Positions 1 through 12,589 of a DNA stretch of 64,000 nt are shown here, one piece after another; the first letter of the stretch is position 1, and each line of letters begins with the position of its first letter. The DNA lies in the NCBI RefSeq assembly GCF_006345805.1, contig NC_043015.1:42470001-42534000 (forward strand), in the 5' to 3' direction. The notes beneath the pieces were generated by a model that saw nothing but the letters and a program-made list of their open reading frames with translations, ran no database searches and was not told the origin of the DNA. The position numbers and the translations under genes were made by a program. Source of the DNA: Octopus sinensis (lineage: Eukaryota).

Positions 1-411
1 ATATATATACATACACACACACACATATATATATATACATATATACACACACACATATATATACATACATATATACACACACACATATATATACATACAT
101 ACATATATATATACATACATACACCACACATATATATATACATATATATATACACACACATATATACATATATATACACACACATATATACATATATACA
201 TACACACACATATATATATATATACATATATACACACACATATATACAAATACACACACACACACACACACATATACATATATACACACACACATATATA
301 TATATATATACATACACACACACACCATATATACATATATATACGCACACACACATATACACATATATATACACACACACACACATATACATATATACAC
401 ACACATATCAT

Positions 412-1010
412 CATCATCATCATCATCATTTAACGTCCGCTTTCCATGCTAGCATGGGTTGGACGGTTCAACTGGTGTCTGGGGAGCCCGAAGGCTGCAC
501 CAGGCCAGTCAGATCTGGCAGTGTTTCTACAGCTGGATGCCCTTCCTAACGCCAACCACTCCGAGAGTGTAGTGGGTGATTTTATGTGCCACCGACACAG
601 GTGCCAGACGAGGCTGGCGAACGGCCACGCTCGGATGGTGTTTTTATGTGCCACCGACACAGGTGCCAGACAAGGCTGCAGACAGACGACTACGCTCGGA
701 TGGGTTTTTTTTATGTGCCACCGACACAGGTGCCAGACGAGGCTGGCGAACGGCCACGCTCAGATGGTGTTTTTATGTGCCACTGACACAGGTGCCAGAC
801 AAGGCTAGCAGACGACCACGCCCGGATGGTGTTTTTATGTGCCACCGACACAGGTGCCAGACGAGGCTGGCGAACGGCCACGCTCGGATGGTTTTTATGT
901 GCCACCGACACAGGTGCCAGACAAGGCTAGCAGACGACCACGCTCGGATGGTGTTTTTTTTATGTGCACCGACACAGGAGCCAGATTTGGCTGGCGATCG
1001 GCCACGATTG
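412..1010 (-). mobile_element. SINE-like retroelement with (GAT)n tail and internal ~60-bp tandem repeats
   Basis: Shares the sequence catcatcatttaacgtccgctttccatgctagcatgggttggacgg...ctggatgcccttcctaacgccaaccact with many copies in the window (e.g. 23165, 36560, 43010, 45615, 46780, 59290). Confidence 0.85.
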
Positions 1011-1488
1011 GGTGGTGGTGATTGTACGTGCCCACAGCAGGGAGGCCAGTACTGTGCACACCCCCGTTCGGACGGTATTCTTGTGTGCCACCGGCACTGT
1101 ACCACAAGTACAAATTCCATTGCTGTCATCTATTTTGATTGTGTCATCTATTTTGATTTTATCTATTTTGATTTTATATATATACATATATACACACACA
1201 CACACATATATACACACACACATACACATATACACACATACATATACATACACACACACACACATATATTAAAACTAATATAAGAAGAGACGGATGATTA
1301 TTATATGAATTATGTGGCTGGACAATGGTATCTATTTATCTATTTTACAGATTGATAATTTTAGCCACCAGAATCTGAAGAAAAAAATCTCAGTTCATTT
1401 CAAGAAAGCAATATAAAAATAAAACTCTGCTGATTATAATTTGGAATTCCGGAAAAAGTACAGATTATGAATGATCTTTTGCATGTCT

Positions 1489-2117
1489 GCAGGCATGGCT
1501 GTGTGGTTAAAGTTCTGTTTCCATATCTCAAAGAACATGGTCTGGAGTTCAGTACCACTGCATGGATGCTTGGGGGAATCTTTGCTATTTCTGTCATAGT
1601 CTCTGTCAGGCCAACTGAAGCCCTTTGAGTGGATTTGGTAGATGGAAACTGAAAGAAGCCCATCTGCAAGCATGGCTGTGTGGTAAGAAGCTTGCTTTCC
1701 AACTACATGGTTCTGGGTTCAGTCCTATTGTGTGGCACCTTGGGCAAAACCAAAGCCTTGTGAGTGGATTTGGTAGATGGAAACTGAAAGAAGCCCGTCT
1801 GCAGGCATGGCTGTGTGGTAAGAAGCTTGCTTTGCAACCATATGGTTCTGAGTTCAGTCCTACTGTGTGGCACCTTGGGCAAGTGTCTTCTATTATAGCT
1901 TCAGGCCAACCAAAACCTTGTGAGTGGATTTGGTAGATGGAAACCGAAAGAAGCCCGTCTGCAGGCATGGCTGTGTGGTAAGAAGCTTCCTTTGCAACCA
2001 CATGGTTCTGGGTTCAGTTCTTCTGTGTGGCACCTTGGGCAAATGTCTTCTATTATAGCTTCAAGACAATCAAAACCTTTTGAGTGGATTTGGTAGATGG
2101 AAACTGAAAGAAGTCCA
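1489..2117 (+). repeat. Four head-to-tail copies of the 5' half of the tRNA/CORE-type SINE
   Basis: Units start at about 1489, 1666, 1801 and 1961, each beginning gcaggcatggctgtgtgg and ending ...ggaaactgaaagaagccc. Confidence 0.85.
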
Positions 2118-3784
2118 GTGTGTGTGTGTGCGTGTGTTACTGTCTCCTGCTTTTGACTCTGCATGATGGTTATAAATGAACATCACCAACATCAGATCAG
2201 TATCCATCATTTCCAATCTTCCCCAAAAGCATGTCAGGCCACGAGGACATGTTGAACTTACTCAGAAACAGGTGAAGGTTGGCAACAGGAAGAGCATCTG
2301 GTTGTAGAAAATCTACCTTCACAAATTCCATCCAGCCCATGCAAGAATAGAAAAATTCAATGCCCCAGCACACACTGCCAATGTGACCAAATGCAAACTT
2401 GAGAAGCCGGAAGCACTGCATCACCTTGCATCACAGCCCAGATGTTGTGCCAATAAATGACCACCTTTTCTGAACCACGGCCCATTTCCTGCACATATGG
2501 AGGTTTAACGATGTGGATGATGATGAAAATGGCCACAGGGAATTCTTCACCTCAAACCCAGCGAAATGGTATAAGTATGGCATTCAGTTTCTGGCACAAT
2601 GATAGTAGCAGACAACAGAATATGATGGGATATATTTTGATGATATTTCGTTTTTGGATTTGGTTTGCAAGATTCTTTATATGAGTTCGTGTGTTGAAGC
2701 ATATTTTGTTGTGTCTGGGGAGAGCCATTTTCTTTTTGTGCCTTATTGTGTGTTTGAGTGTGTTACACATCATCATCATCATTGTCATCGTTTAGCGTCC
2801 GCTTTCCATGCTAGCATGGGTTGGACGGTTCAACTGGGGTCTGGGAAGCCAGAGGGCCTGGTGCAGCCTTCTGGCTTCCCAGACCCAAGTTGAACAGTCC
2901 AACTCATGCTAGCATGGAAAGCGGACGCTAAACGATGATGATGATGATGTGTAACACACTTAAACACACAATAAGGCACAAAAAGAAAATGGCTCTCCCC
3001 AGACACAATAGAATATGCGATGATGATGATGATGATGTGTAACACACTCACCAGTAAAATTTCCACTTTTTTTCTTATTTTTATTGTCCTAAAATTTTCG
3101 CTGCATCTTGCAACCTTTTCAATAGTTTTGAAAAAAAAAGTGGAAATTTTACCGGTGAGCGTGTTACATAATAAGCCACAAAAAGAAAATGACTCTCCCC
3201 AGACACAGCAGAATATTTTGATGAATAAACGCTTTTCCTATGTTAATTTGTTTGAACTATTAATTAACCCTTGACATACGAACATGTGTGTGTATGGAAG
3301 AATACAGTTAGGTGTGTATGTGTGTATATATATATACACACACACACATAAATGATATATGATAGATATATCCTGTATCAAAATGAAATTTCTGCCTTAA
3401 GTGAACCTTTATTAACTCTACAATATATTAATTAGATAAAGAAATTAATGTACAAATTGCATGGTGATTGTCAATCAATTGAATAAGACAAGAGCTAGGA
3501 ACTTAAGTATTAAGTTTCTGTTATTGACCGGTTCCACTTCATATAATAGAATCGGAAGGAAAGTAAGGAAAGCAGTGTAATGTCAGCCTTGTCACCAGCC
3601 TTAACAGAATCTGCTGCTGCCAATAGATAATCCTATAATCCTCTCTATGATGAACCTACGGAACTCTTATTTTCCTTGAATACCCTAGAGTAATGCATGT
3701 TGTATACATTGTATCTCAATTAAGAGTGGAGATTGATTCAGGTTTGTATGATTAATCTATAGCAGGGAAGACAAAGAATAGACT

Positions 3785-4300
3785 ATAAATATGGTTTTCT
3801 ATTGAGAGAGAGAGGTGGTAGAGAGCGTGAGCAAGAGAGAGAGAAAGCATGAGCAAGGGGGAGAGAGAGCAAAGGAGAATGAGCAAGAGAGAGAGCTTGA
3901 GCAAAAAAGAAAGAGAGAGAGAGAGAAAGCATGAGCAAGAGAGAGCAAAGGAGAAAGCTTGAGCAAGAAAGCGTTAAGGGAGAGAGAGGGGGGGCAGGAG
4001 CAAGGAAGAAAGAATAAGGGAAGGACAAAGAACGTGAGCAAAAAAGAGAGAGTAAGATAGAGGGAGAGAGAGAGAAAGCATGAGCAAGAGAGAGCAAAGG
4101 AGAATGAGTAAGGGAAGGAGAGAGCTTGAACAAGAAAGCATTAATAAGGGAGAGAGAGAGGGGGGCTAGAGCAAGGAAGAAAGAATAAGAGAGGGACAAA
4201 GAACTTGAGCAAAAAAGAGAGAGTAAGACAGAGAGAGAGAGAGAGAGCTTGAGCCAAGAAAAGAGTAAGGGAGAGAGTGGAAAAGAGAGACAAATGAATT
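3785..4300. repeat. GA-rich low-complexity repeat
   Basis: Repeated gagaaagcatgagcaagagagagcaaaggaga-like modules. Confidence 0.85.
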
Positions 4301-4852
4301 AACATAACAAAAGAAAAATGCAACAAAAAAAAAATCTTGAATAGATAATCTTCAGTTATAAGACGAGATGAAGAGGAGACAAAATGATGGAAAGTAAATT
4401 CTTTAATTTTTTGTAAAAACATCAAATCATTTTCAAACAGATTGTTTGTTGACTTATATGTCTGCCTTAACTCTAACTCCAACACTTAACGGTATATTTC
4501 CATTTGGTAACTACAGCAGACTAATAAATGACATACGACTATTGATTCAGCTTCAATGATTAAAAGCAAGCCATGCTTTAAAAACCTAGGCTGGAGACAA
4601 CTAAGCAGAGCCAGCCAATGACAAAGCCGCTACTCGGTCGCTCATCCTGTTGGAAATAGTGAGTCAAAAAAGGGAATCCTTACAAGATTGCTTGAATCAT
4701 GGCGTACTGTCTTCGGAAAGGAAAATATACACAAGTCAACTGTTGTTCCATACCAACCTCGAAATTGAAGGGGTGATTATGGTAGGGTTATGGTATTTAA
4801 TGCATCTGTTTTGCTTAATTTTGAAAATAATACTAGAATAACAGTCATTATT

Positions 4853-5582
4853 AACCCTTTAGCATTCAGATAACTCCATCAAATTTATCTTATTTATTTA
4901 CATTGTTGTAGATAAACCATGCATTATCTTGTAGCTTTGGGATTTTGATGATGTGGTTGTATATTTTTAGAAGGACATTGTAGAGAGGCCAGATCAAGTG
5001 AGTTAGATCGTAAAAAAACAAGTACCATAAATCTTCGAGTATAGTCCGCCCTTGAGTATAATACGCAGGGGATTTTTAGGGGGCTGCACCTCTGAAAAAC
5101 CTAAACCTTGTGTATAATACGCATGCCTTCTCTAACTTGAGTCGTGTGTAATTAAGCCAGCAGCACCTAGTCGAACTAACGCTTCTGTGGATGTGTAATA
5201 AAATAATGGTGATGTTCTTAACTGTTATATGGGAATGTAAATATGTTTGCAAATTGTTTTTTGTTACATGTTATTTTGTGTTCTGAATACTTTTATTTTA
5301 ATAAATGTTGCCTACTGCAAGTTATGGATGATTCTTTTATGACTTCATTGCTTTCAGGCTTAGCTTAAGGTATTTTCACACCCAACATCATGATATGTGT
5401 CTGAATAAACATTGCCGGACAGCAAATAGAGACTCGGATATTGCTTAGAAAATATTTTTCATTTTTAACCTCATATATACTATGCACGAGGGATTTTGAC
5501 CGTTAAATTTTGGGGAAAAAATGCGGATTATACTCGAGGATTTACGGTAGAATATTTTGGCCAATTATGGCTAATGGGTTAA
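4853..5582 (+). mobile_element. TTAA-type (piggyBac-like) MITE interrupted by a nested MITE
   Basis: Ends ttaaccctttagcattcag ... gggttaa. Related copies at about 21974-22203, 37834-38059, 42901-43367 and 57121-57350. Confidence 0.7.
5025..5547. mobile_element. TA-flanked MITE (Tc1/mariner-superfamily type)
   Basis: TIRs ccataaatcttcgagtatagtccgc / gcggattatactcgaggatttacgg, with TA on both sides. Confidence 0.75.
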
Positions 5583-7486
5583 AATGATGCTAAAAGCAGC
5601 GGGTTGGCAGAACTGTTAGCACACTTGAAATGCTTAGTGGCATTTTCATCCATGTTTATGGTCTGAGTTCAAATTCTGCTCAGGTCAATTCTGCCTTTCA
5701 TCCTTTCAGGGTTGATGAGATATGTGCCAGTTAAGCACTGGGGGTCGATGCAATCAACTAGTCTCCTCTGCACAAATTTCAGGTACATAGTAGAATGAAT
5801 TATTAAGATGGTGCTTGAAACATAAATTAGCAGGAAATTTTGATGAAAGGTCTTAATTTAGATCGCTTTTTGTCACTATATTTCCGATGAAATACACAGC
5901 ATCTGTTTCAACTAACTTTGAAAATAATGGAGGATTTAGTAAAATAACTGTCAATATTCCGTAAAATAACTTTGTAACTATCAACATGGTGTTTGGAACG
6001 TTAACATAGAATTTTGATAATAAGACGTTTGTATCATAGATTCAGGAGCAGTCTCTAGAGGGTTGGTATCAGGAGGGTTAAGACAGTAGGGGGTGATTTC
6101 AGGAGTGATTTGGCTGCTATTTAAACCATGTTGAATGGCTATATACTCGTCGCTGTAGATCTCCAAGTCAGTTCTGATCTACCAGAGCTACAATCAAACA
6201 AGTTCCAAATATGACTATTCCATCTATTTTTCAGATATTGTGCATCAATGACTATCAAACACAATGTATTCCTTTTTCTTTTAGGCAGTGAGAGAGATGT
6301 GAATTGAAGAAATGTTGCTGTTATCTCTAGCAAGTCAGGTGACCACATGAAGGTTCTCTTGTTGACAATTAGCTTAATAATAAAGGAGTGGGGGAAAAAC
6401 CGTTGCTGGTTGAAGGATACACCAGATACTTACAACACATACAACAAAACAAAATCAATTAGGTTGGCCTACTTAAATAAATCTAAATATTTGGTCACAC
6501 ACAAAAAATAAAACACATTCCTCATATTACTGAGCTGTAAATAGCTATAATTATAGAATAAAAGATAATAATTTTGTATCCATTTCAAACCACCATTTAA
6601 ATAAACTGACCACACCACAGAACATATGACATCATCATCATCATCATCATCTAATGTCCCTTTCTTTTCAAACTGGCATGGATTGGATATGAACTGACAA
6701 GCCAGAGGGCTGTGCTGAGCCCCACAGTTTGATATGGCAGGGTTTCAGCAGTTAGATCACCTTCCTAATGTCAACCATTTTACAATGTGTACTGGGTGCT
6801 TTTTTTTTTTTTGTCTTGTGGCACCAACACTGGTGAGGTCACCAAATACTCGTAAGCCAATATTCTGTGAAAAGATGTCTGGCCATGGGGAAATATTACC
6901 TCGCTTAGAAACAGGTGAGGGTTGGCAACAGGAAAAGCATCCGACCATATATAAACTTTGTCCAACAAATGCAAGCATGGAAGCGGACAGTGAAATAACG
7001 ATGAGTTTGACAGAAACATAAAGGAGGCAGATGTTTTGGGCCATGACACCTTATCAACACTCGCTTGCTTCTCTTTCATACTGGGGTAGCCAGCATCTCC
7101 TCTTCTTCCTCTATCATACTTTAAACCTCTCAGTATAAAGTCAACCCTCAATAGTACACCTCCACCCAGTTGAAGGGTCTTATCTTGTGAGTTACTTAGT
7201 GATCTCACTAGTGCTGATGCCATCCAAAAAAAAAAAAAAAAAGCTCCCAGTATGTTTTGTAAAGCGGTTGCTGTTAGAAAAGACGACCATCCACAGAAAC
7301 CATGCCATCGTGAACATTGGAGTTCAATTCATTCCTCTGGCTTATCAGATCCTGTTGAACTGTCCCAACCCATGATAGCGCAGAAGACGGATGTTAAATG
7401 ATTATATATATATATATATATTAACATGCAATTACCACACACATATATATGAATATTTGTGTGTGTGTGTGTGTGTTTGTATGTGT

Positions 7487-7537
<51 letters not shown>

Positions 7538-8329
7538 CTGTTATTGACAAGTACAATTATCAAGTGTTAACATTTGAGACCAGGAAGTGTGAAGTCTCAC
7601 TGACAGTTTTACATTTTTCTGATAAATTTTGCCAAAAAAGATAAGACAGATAGAGGATGGGGAAAGGAACAAAATGCTAGAGGAACGGAGGAATTAAATT
7701 TATTCCAGCAAATAACGTAAAATAACAAACAACCAGATGTCCAAAACAAAATGGAAAAAAAAAAAACAAGAAGAAAAAAAAACAATAAATCAAAAACAAA
7801 GCCCGGTTTGGAGTAGAAAGAGAGGAAAAAGAGGGGAGGTTTAATGTTTTGTATTTAATGAGGATTTCCCCATGTGTTTATGTTTCATCTGCTGCAGCAA
7901 AATAATGTAAAATATGGTGAAAGATTTACTTTATTTGAAGGCATAGAAGATGCATGGGTATATAAGACACACCCTGATTTCAGCAGTGCATATTCAGAAG
8001 TCTGTGGTAGTACATTAGAGCATCTAATATAGGCCTAACTTCCCGATCTGACTGAATCATTTGCACACCAAGCACAACGCTGAGTGGCATTTCGTCCTTC
8101 TTTAAGTTCTAGGTTCAAATTCTGCTGAAGTCAACTCTGCATTTCATCCTATCAGGGTCGATAAAATACATACCAGCAGAGCACTGGGGTCGATGCAATC
8201 GACTTACCACCTCCCCAAAAATTGCTGGTTTTGTGCCAAAATTTGAAACCTGTATAAACTTCAGGTCCTTGGCATATAGGTCCTGAAGTGACTTATTTTG
8301 TTTTTTTGCCATATTAGATGCACCTCTTT

Positions 8330-8549
8330 ACTCTCTTTTACTCTTTTACTTGTTTCAGTCATTTGACTGCGGCCATGCTGGAGCACCGCCTTTAGTCGAG
8401 CAAATCGACCCCAGGACTTATTCTTTGTAAGCCCAGTACTTATTCTATCGGTCTCTTTTGCCGAACCGCTAAGTGACGGGGACGTAAACACACCAGCATC
8501 GGTTGTCAAGCGATGTTGGGGGGACAAACACAGACACACCAACACATAT

Positions 8550-8590
<41 letters not shown>

Positions 8591-8748
8591 TACGACAGGC
8601 TTCTTTCAGTTTCCGTCTACCAAATCCACTCACAAGGCATTGATCGGCCCGGGGCTATAGCAGAATACACTTGCCCAAGATGCCACACAGTGGGACTGAA
8701 CCCGGAACCATGTGGTTGGTTAGCTAGCTACTTACCACACAACCACGC
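8330..8748 (-). mobile_element. tRNA-derived CORE-type SINE (octopus OR-like), full length
   Basis: Reverse complement has A-box/B-box-like head (tggttgtgtgg...gggttcagtcc), CORE-like (a/c)cttgggcaagtgt and a gaaacaagtaaaaga tail. Confidence 0.8.
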
Positions 8749-10659
8749 TTAGTAATGCATATTCAGTAAATAAAAGTTATACATTCAAGCAAGGTCGTTG
8801 CCAGTGCCACTGGACTGGCTCCTGTGCAGGTGGCACATAAAAAGCACCATTTGAGTGTGGCTTGTAAAAGCACCCACTACAATCTCAGAGTGGTTGGCGT
8901 TAGGAAGGGCATCCAGCTGTAGAAACTCGGGCAGATCAGATGAGTCTGGTGCAGCCATCTGGTTCACCAGACCTCAGTCAAATCGTCCAGCCCATGCTAG
9001 CATGGAAAGCGGACGTTAAACGATGATGATGATGAGTGCATTAAAGCTTATGAGGGGCCCGACTTTTGCATATAGGACCCAGGATAAGTTTTTGTGTGAA
9101 ATTTTTTTTAAGGCACAAATGACTTACTTTTATCATTTGCAACTTAAACTTCAGAAAGTTGGCCAACCATCTGATCCCCCACTATCTATCATCATCGTTT
9201 AACATCCGCTTTCCATGCTAGCATGGGCTGGACGATTTGACTGAGGTCTGGTGAACCAGATGGCTGCACCAGACTCCAATCTGATCTGCCCAAGTTTCTA
9301 CAGCTGGATGCCCTTCCTAACGCCAACCACTCTGAGATTGTAGTGGGTGCTTTTACATGCCACACTCAAATGGTGCTTTTTATGTGCCACCTGCACAGGA
9401 GCCAGTCCAGTGGCACTGGCAATGATGGCATATAAGACATGCTAATTATTTCATAGATTGATTTGCAAAGAAGAGAGATTCAGATTCAGGGATGAAATTT
9501 TGTTTTGTTATAACCCCCCCCCATATTTATCTTCTTTGCAAATCATCATATATTAAGGATCTAACTGGGGCTGATGGCTCGTGTAGGTTAGCCACATGCC
9601 ACATCATCATGGCAGATGAGGACAGATTGGGACGCTGTTCAGAGGGTTATCCAGAATGACCTAAGCAAATACGAACAAATGGTGGGTGCAGCGACATGCT
9701 GCAATGGTGCATGACCCCCATAACCGACCTACCTGACCATGTCAACTATTTTGGAAGGTACAGTTCTATATATACCCTCTGGCCTTCATCAGGTGTCTTG
9801 GGGAAATTTCGAACTTGGGTTCTCATTCCTATGGTATTTTTCAATGTTATTATTATTATTATTCAGGTCACTGCCTAGAATCGAACTCAGAATCTTGGGG
9901 TTAGTAGCCCGTGCTCTCAACTACTATGCCCACAGGCATATGGTGCAGTGGTTAAGAGCACGGGCTACTAACCCCAAGATTCCAAATTCAATTCCAAGCA
10001 GTAACATGAATAATAATAACAACAACAACATCATTGAAAAATACCTTAGGAATGAGAACCCAGGTTCGAAATTTCCCCCAAGACAGCTGATGAAGGCTGG
10101 AGTGTATATCAGCCGAAATGTTGTGTTAACAACAAACAAGATGAGAACAAATATCCGTCAAATGTAAATAATGTATTTTGGAAGGCTTGCAGATTTTGGC
10201 TTTCCATTGATTTCAAGTATAACCAACCATCACTTGTGGGTGAGTATCACTTTCTAGTAAGTACCATATTTTTGTTAATTGCTTTAGGTGCTTATGTAGA
10301 CGGTCAAAGTGTAAGGGCTTTCATTATAGGTTGGCTTGACCATTGGCTAACCAAGGGTTAACCAACAACAATAACATAAGAAAAAAAGAAAAATCTGATT
10401 GGAATATCTAGGATCCTGAGTTTGCAATTTGAAAGCTGATCTGAGACTAAATAACAAAAATACCAACATTAACAAAAAAAAATGATAATGATGATAATAA
10501 TAATAATAATAATCGCACTACTAGGCACTGCACACATCCTACGCAGAACACTTTCCATACAATAACCATCAGAGCATCACAACAAATCACAGCACATACC
10601 CAAGGCGCACAGAGCTGCGCTCGGTAGTGAAGTGAAAGCACGCTATAAAAATAAAACTA

Positions 10660-10696
<37 letters not shown>

Positions 10697-11249
10697 AAGA
10701 AGAAGCTGAGCAAGTATTTTTTAGGGAAAAAAAATGTCTTTTTAATCATTAAAAGAAGAGAAAAAAAACCTGAACCAAACTTGTTAAATATAATATCATG
10801 GCGCTAAAAATTCATAAAAGGAGAGAAAATAAAGAGAATAGGAAACAAAAAGCAAAAAAAAACCACAAATAAAGGAAAAAAATTTCAATGGTTTGTTATT
10901 TGGTTATTCATAATGATCCAACATGAAGCAAATCAATAGAATAACGATACGTATATACATACATACATATATATATATGTGTGTGTGTGTGTGTATGTAT
11001 GTATTGAGCATTCTGAGATTATCATCCAAGTACGACACTACAATCAGTACAATGAACTGTGTGTGTGTGTGTGTTTAAGTAGGTGATGCATTTGCAGAAA
11101 GCAAGCCAAAAACTTGCTCAGCTGCTATTCCAGGACGCAAATTGTTCTATCACTCCCACTCATGTCTTGGCAACAGTAAACCTCACACATGGCTGGCTGC
11201 TCTTCATGTCAACAACAGCAGCAACGTCTGTGAGTGACTATACATACAT

Positions 11250-11650
11250 ATATACTCTTTCTTTTTTTTTAATTGTTTCAGTCATTTGACTGCGGCCATG
11301 CTGGAGTACCGCCTTTAGTCGAGCAAATCGACCCCCAGGACTTATTCTTTGTAGGCCTAGTACTTATTATATCGGTCTCTTTTGCGAAACCGCTAAGTTA
11401 CAGGGACGTAAACACACCAGCACCAGTTATCAAGCGATGTTGGGGGGACAAACACAGACACACACACATATATATATACATATATGTGACAGGCTTCTTT
11501 CAGTTTCCGACTACCAAATCCACTCACAAGGCATTGGTCAGCCCGAGGCTATAGTAGAAGACACTTGCCCAAGATGCCACGCAGTGGGACTGAACCCGGA
11601 ACCATGTGGTTGGTGAGCAAGCTACTTACTACACAGCTACTCCTGTGCCT
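11250..11650 (-). mobile_element. tRNA/CORE-type SINE
   Basis: Same family as 8330-8748. Confidence 0.8.
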
Positions 11651-12589
11651 ATATATATATATACTGGTTATATTTATTTAAAGTCTGTTTTTCCATGCTA
11701 GCATGGGTTGGAAGGGAACATTTTTGAGACAGGTTTTTTTATGGTTGATGCTCATTCTGTCACCAACCTTTACCTGTTTAACAAGGGATTTTTAATCCAT
11801 AGGTCTTCAAAAGTGTAGGGGGACCAATCACGAAGTAGTGTCAATACAGAACATCATCATCATCATCATTTAATGTCCATTGTCCATGCTGGCATGGGTT
11901 GGATGGTCTGACCAGGGCTGGTAAGCTGAGGGGCTGCACCAGACTCCAGTTTGATTTGGCACAGTTTCTTGCCCTTCCTAACACCATTCCCTGCTTCATT
12001 TAAATGGAGCTGTAGGATTTCAATATTTATACACATTTTTTTTTAATGTTTTGTAAGTACCTTGGTGACCTTACTGGTGCTGGTGCTGGTGCCATGAAAA
12101 AAAAAAAAGCACCCAGTACACTTTGTAAAGTGGCTGATGTTAGGAGAGACATTCAGCTGTAGAAATCATAGCAAACTGGTCCCTGGACCTCAGTGCATGG
12201 CCCTGGTTTGTTGGATCCTGTCAAACCATCCAACCCATGCCAGCATGAAAAGCACAACAGGCTTTTGAGTTTCCCTCAAACAAAGCCCTGTGAATGGATT
12301 TGGTCAACAGAACCAGAAAGAAATCTAAGCAAATCCACTCACAGGGCTTTAGTTCAACCTGAATCTGTACGAGAAGACATCTGCTCAAAGTGGCATGCAG
12401 TGGGACTGAACCTAAAACTATATGGTTGGGAAGCAAGTTTGTTATCCACACATCCACATCAGAAATTAATAATTACAGTAAAGATAAGTTCCTCCCCAAG
12501 TCATAGACTCACAGGGCCGGTTTCCTGGTTTCTGTGGCGTACATATTCCCCCAAGAGCACTCACAGAGCACAAACCTCTGCCAAGGCAA

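Noticed and set aside
446-1283. Overlapping ORFs with CHRHRCQTRL / VPPTQVPD repeats, and similar MDGSTGVWEA... ORFs at 36510, 45651 and 59334
   Set aside because: They derive from the (GAT)n-tailed SINE-like repeat and its internal 60-bp module.
3783-4485. Leu/Ser-rich minus-strand ORFs
   Set aside because: Translations of the GA/CT low-complexity tract.
9940-10000. tRNA gene (also tRNA-like heads at 58497, 14776 and 13150-13205)
   Set aside because: Cloverleaf incomplete and continuous with repeat bodies; these are tRNA-derived SINE heads.
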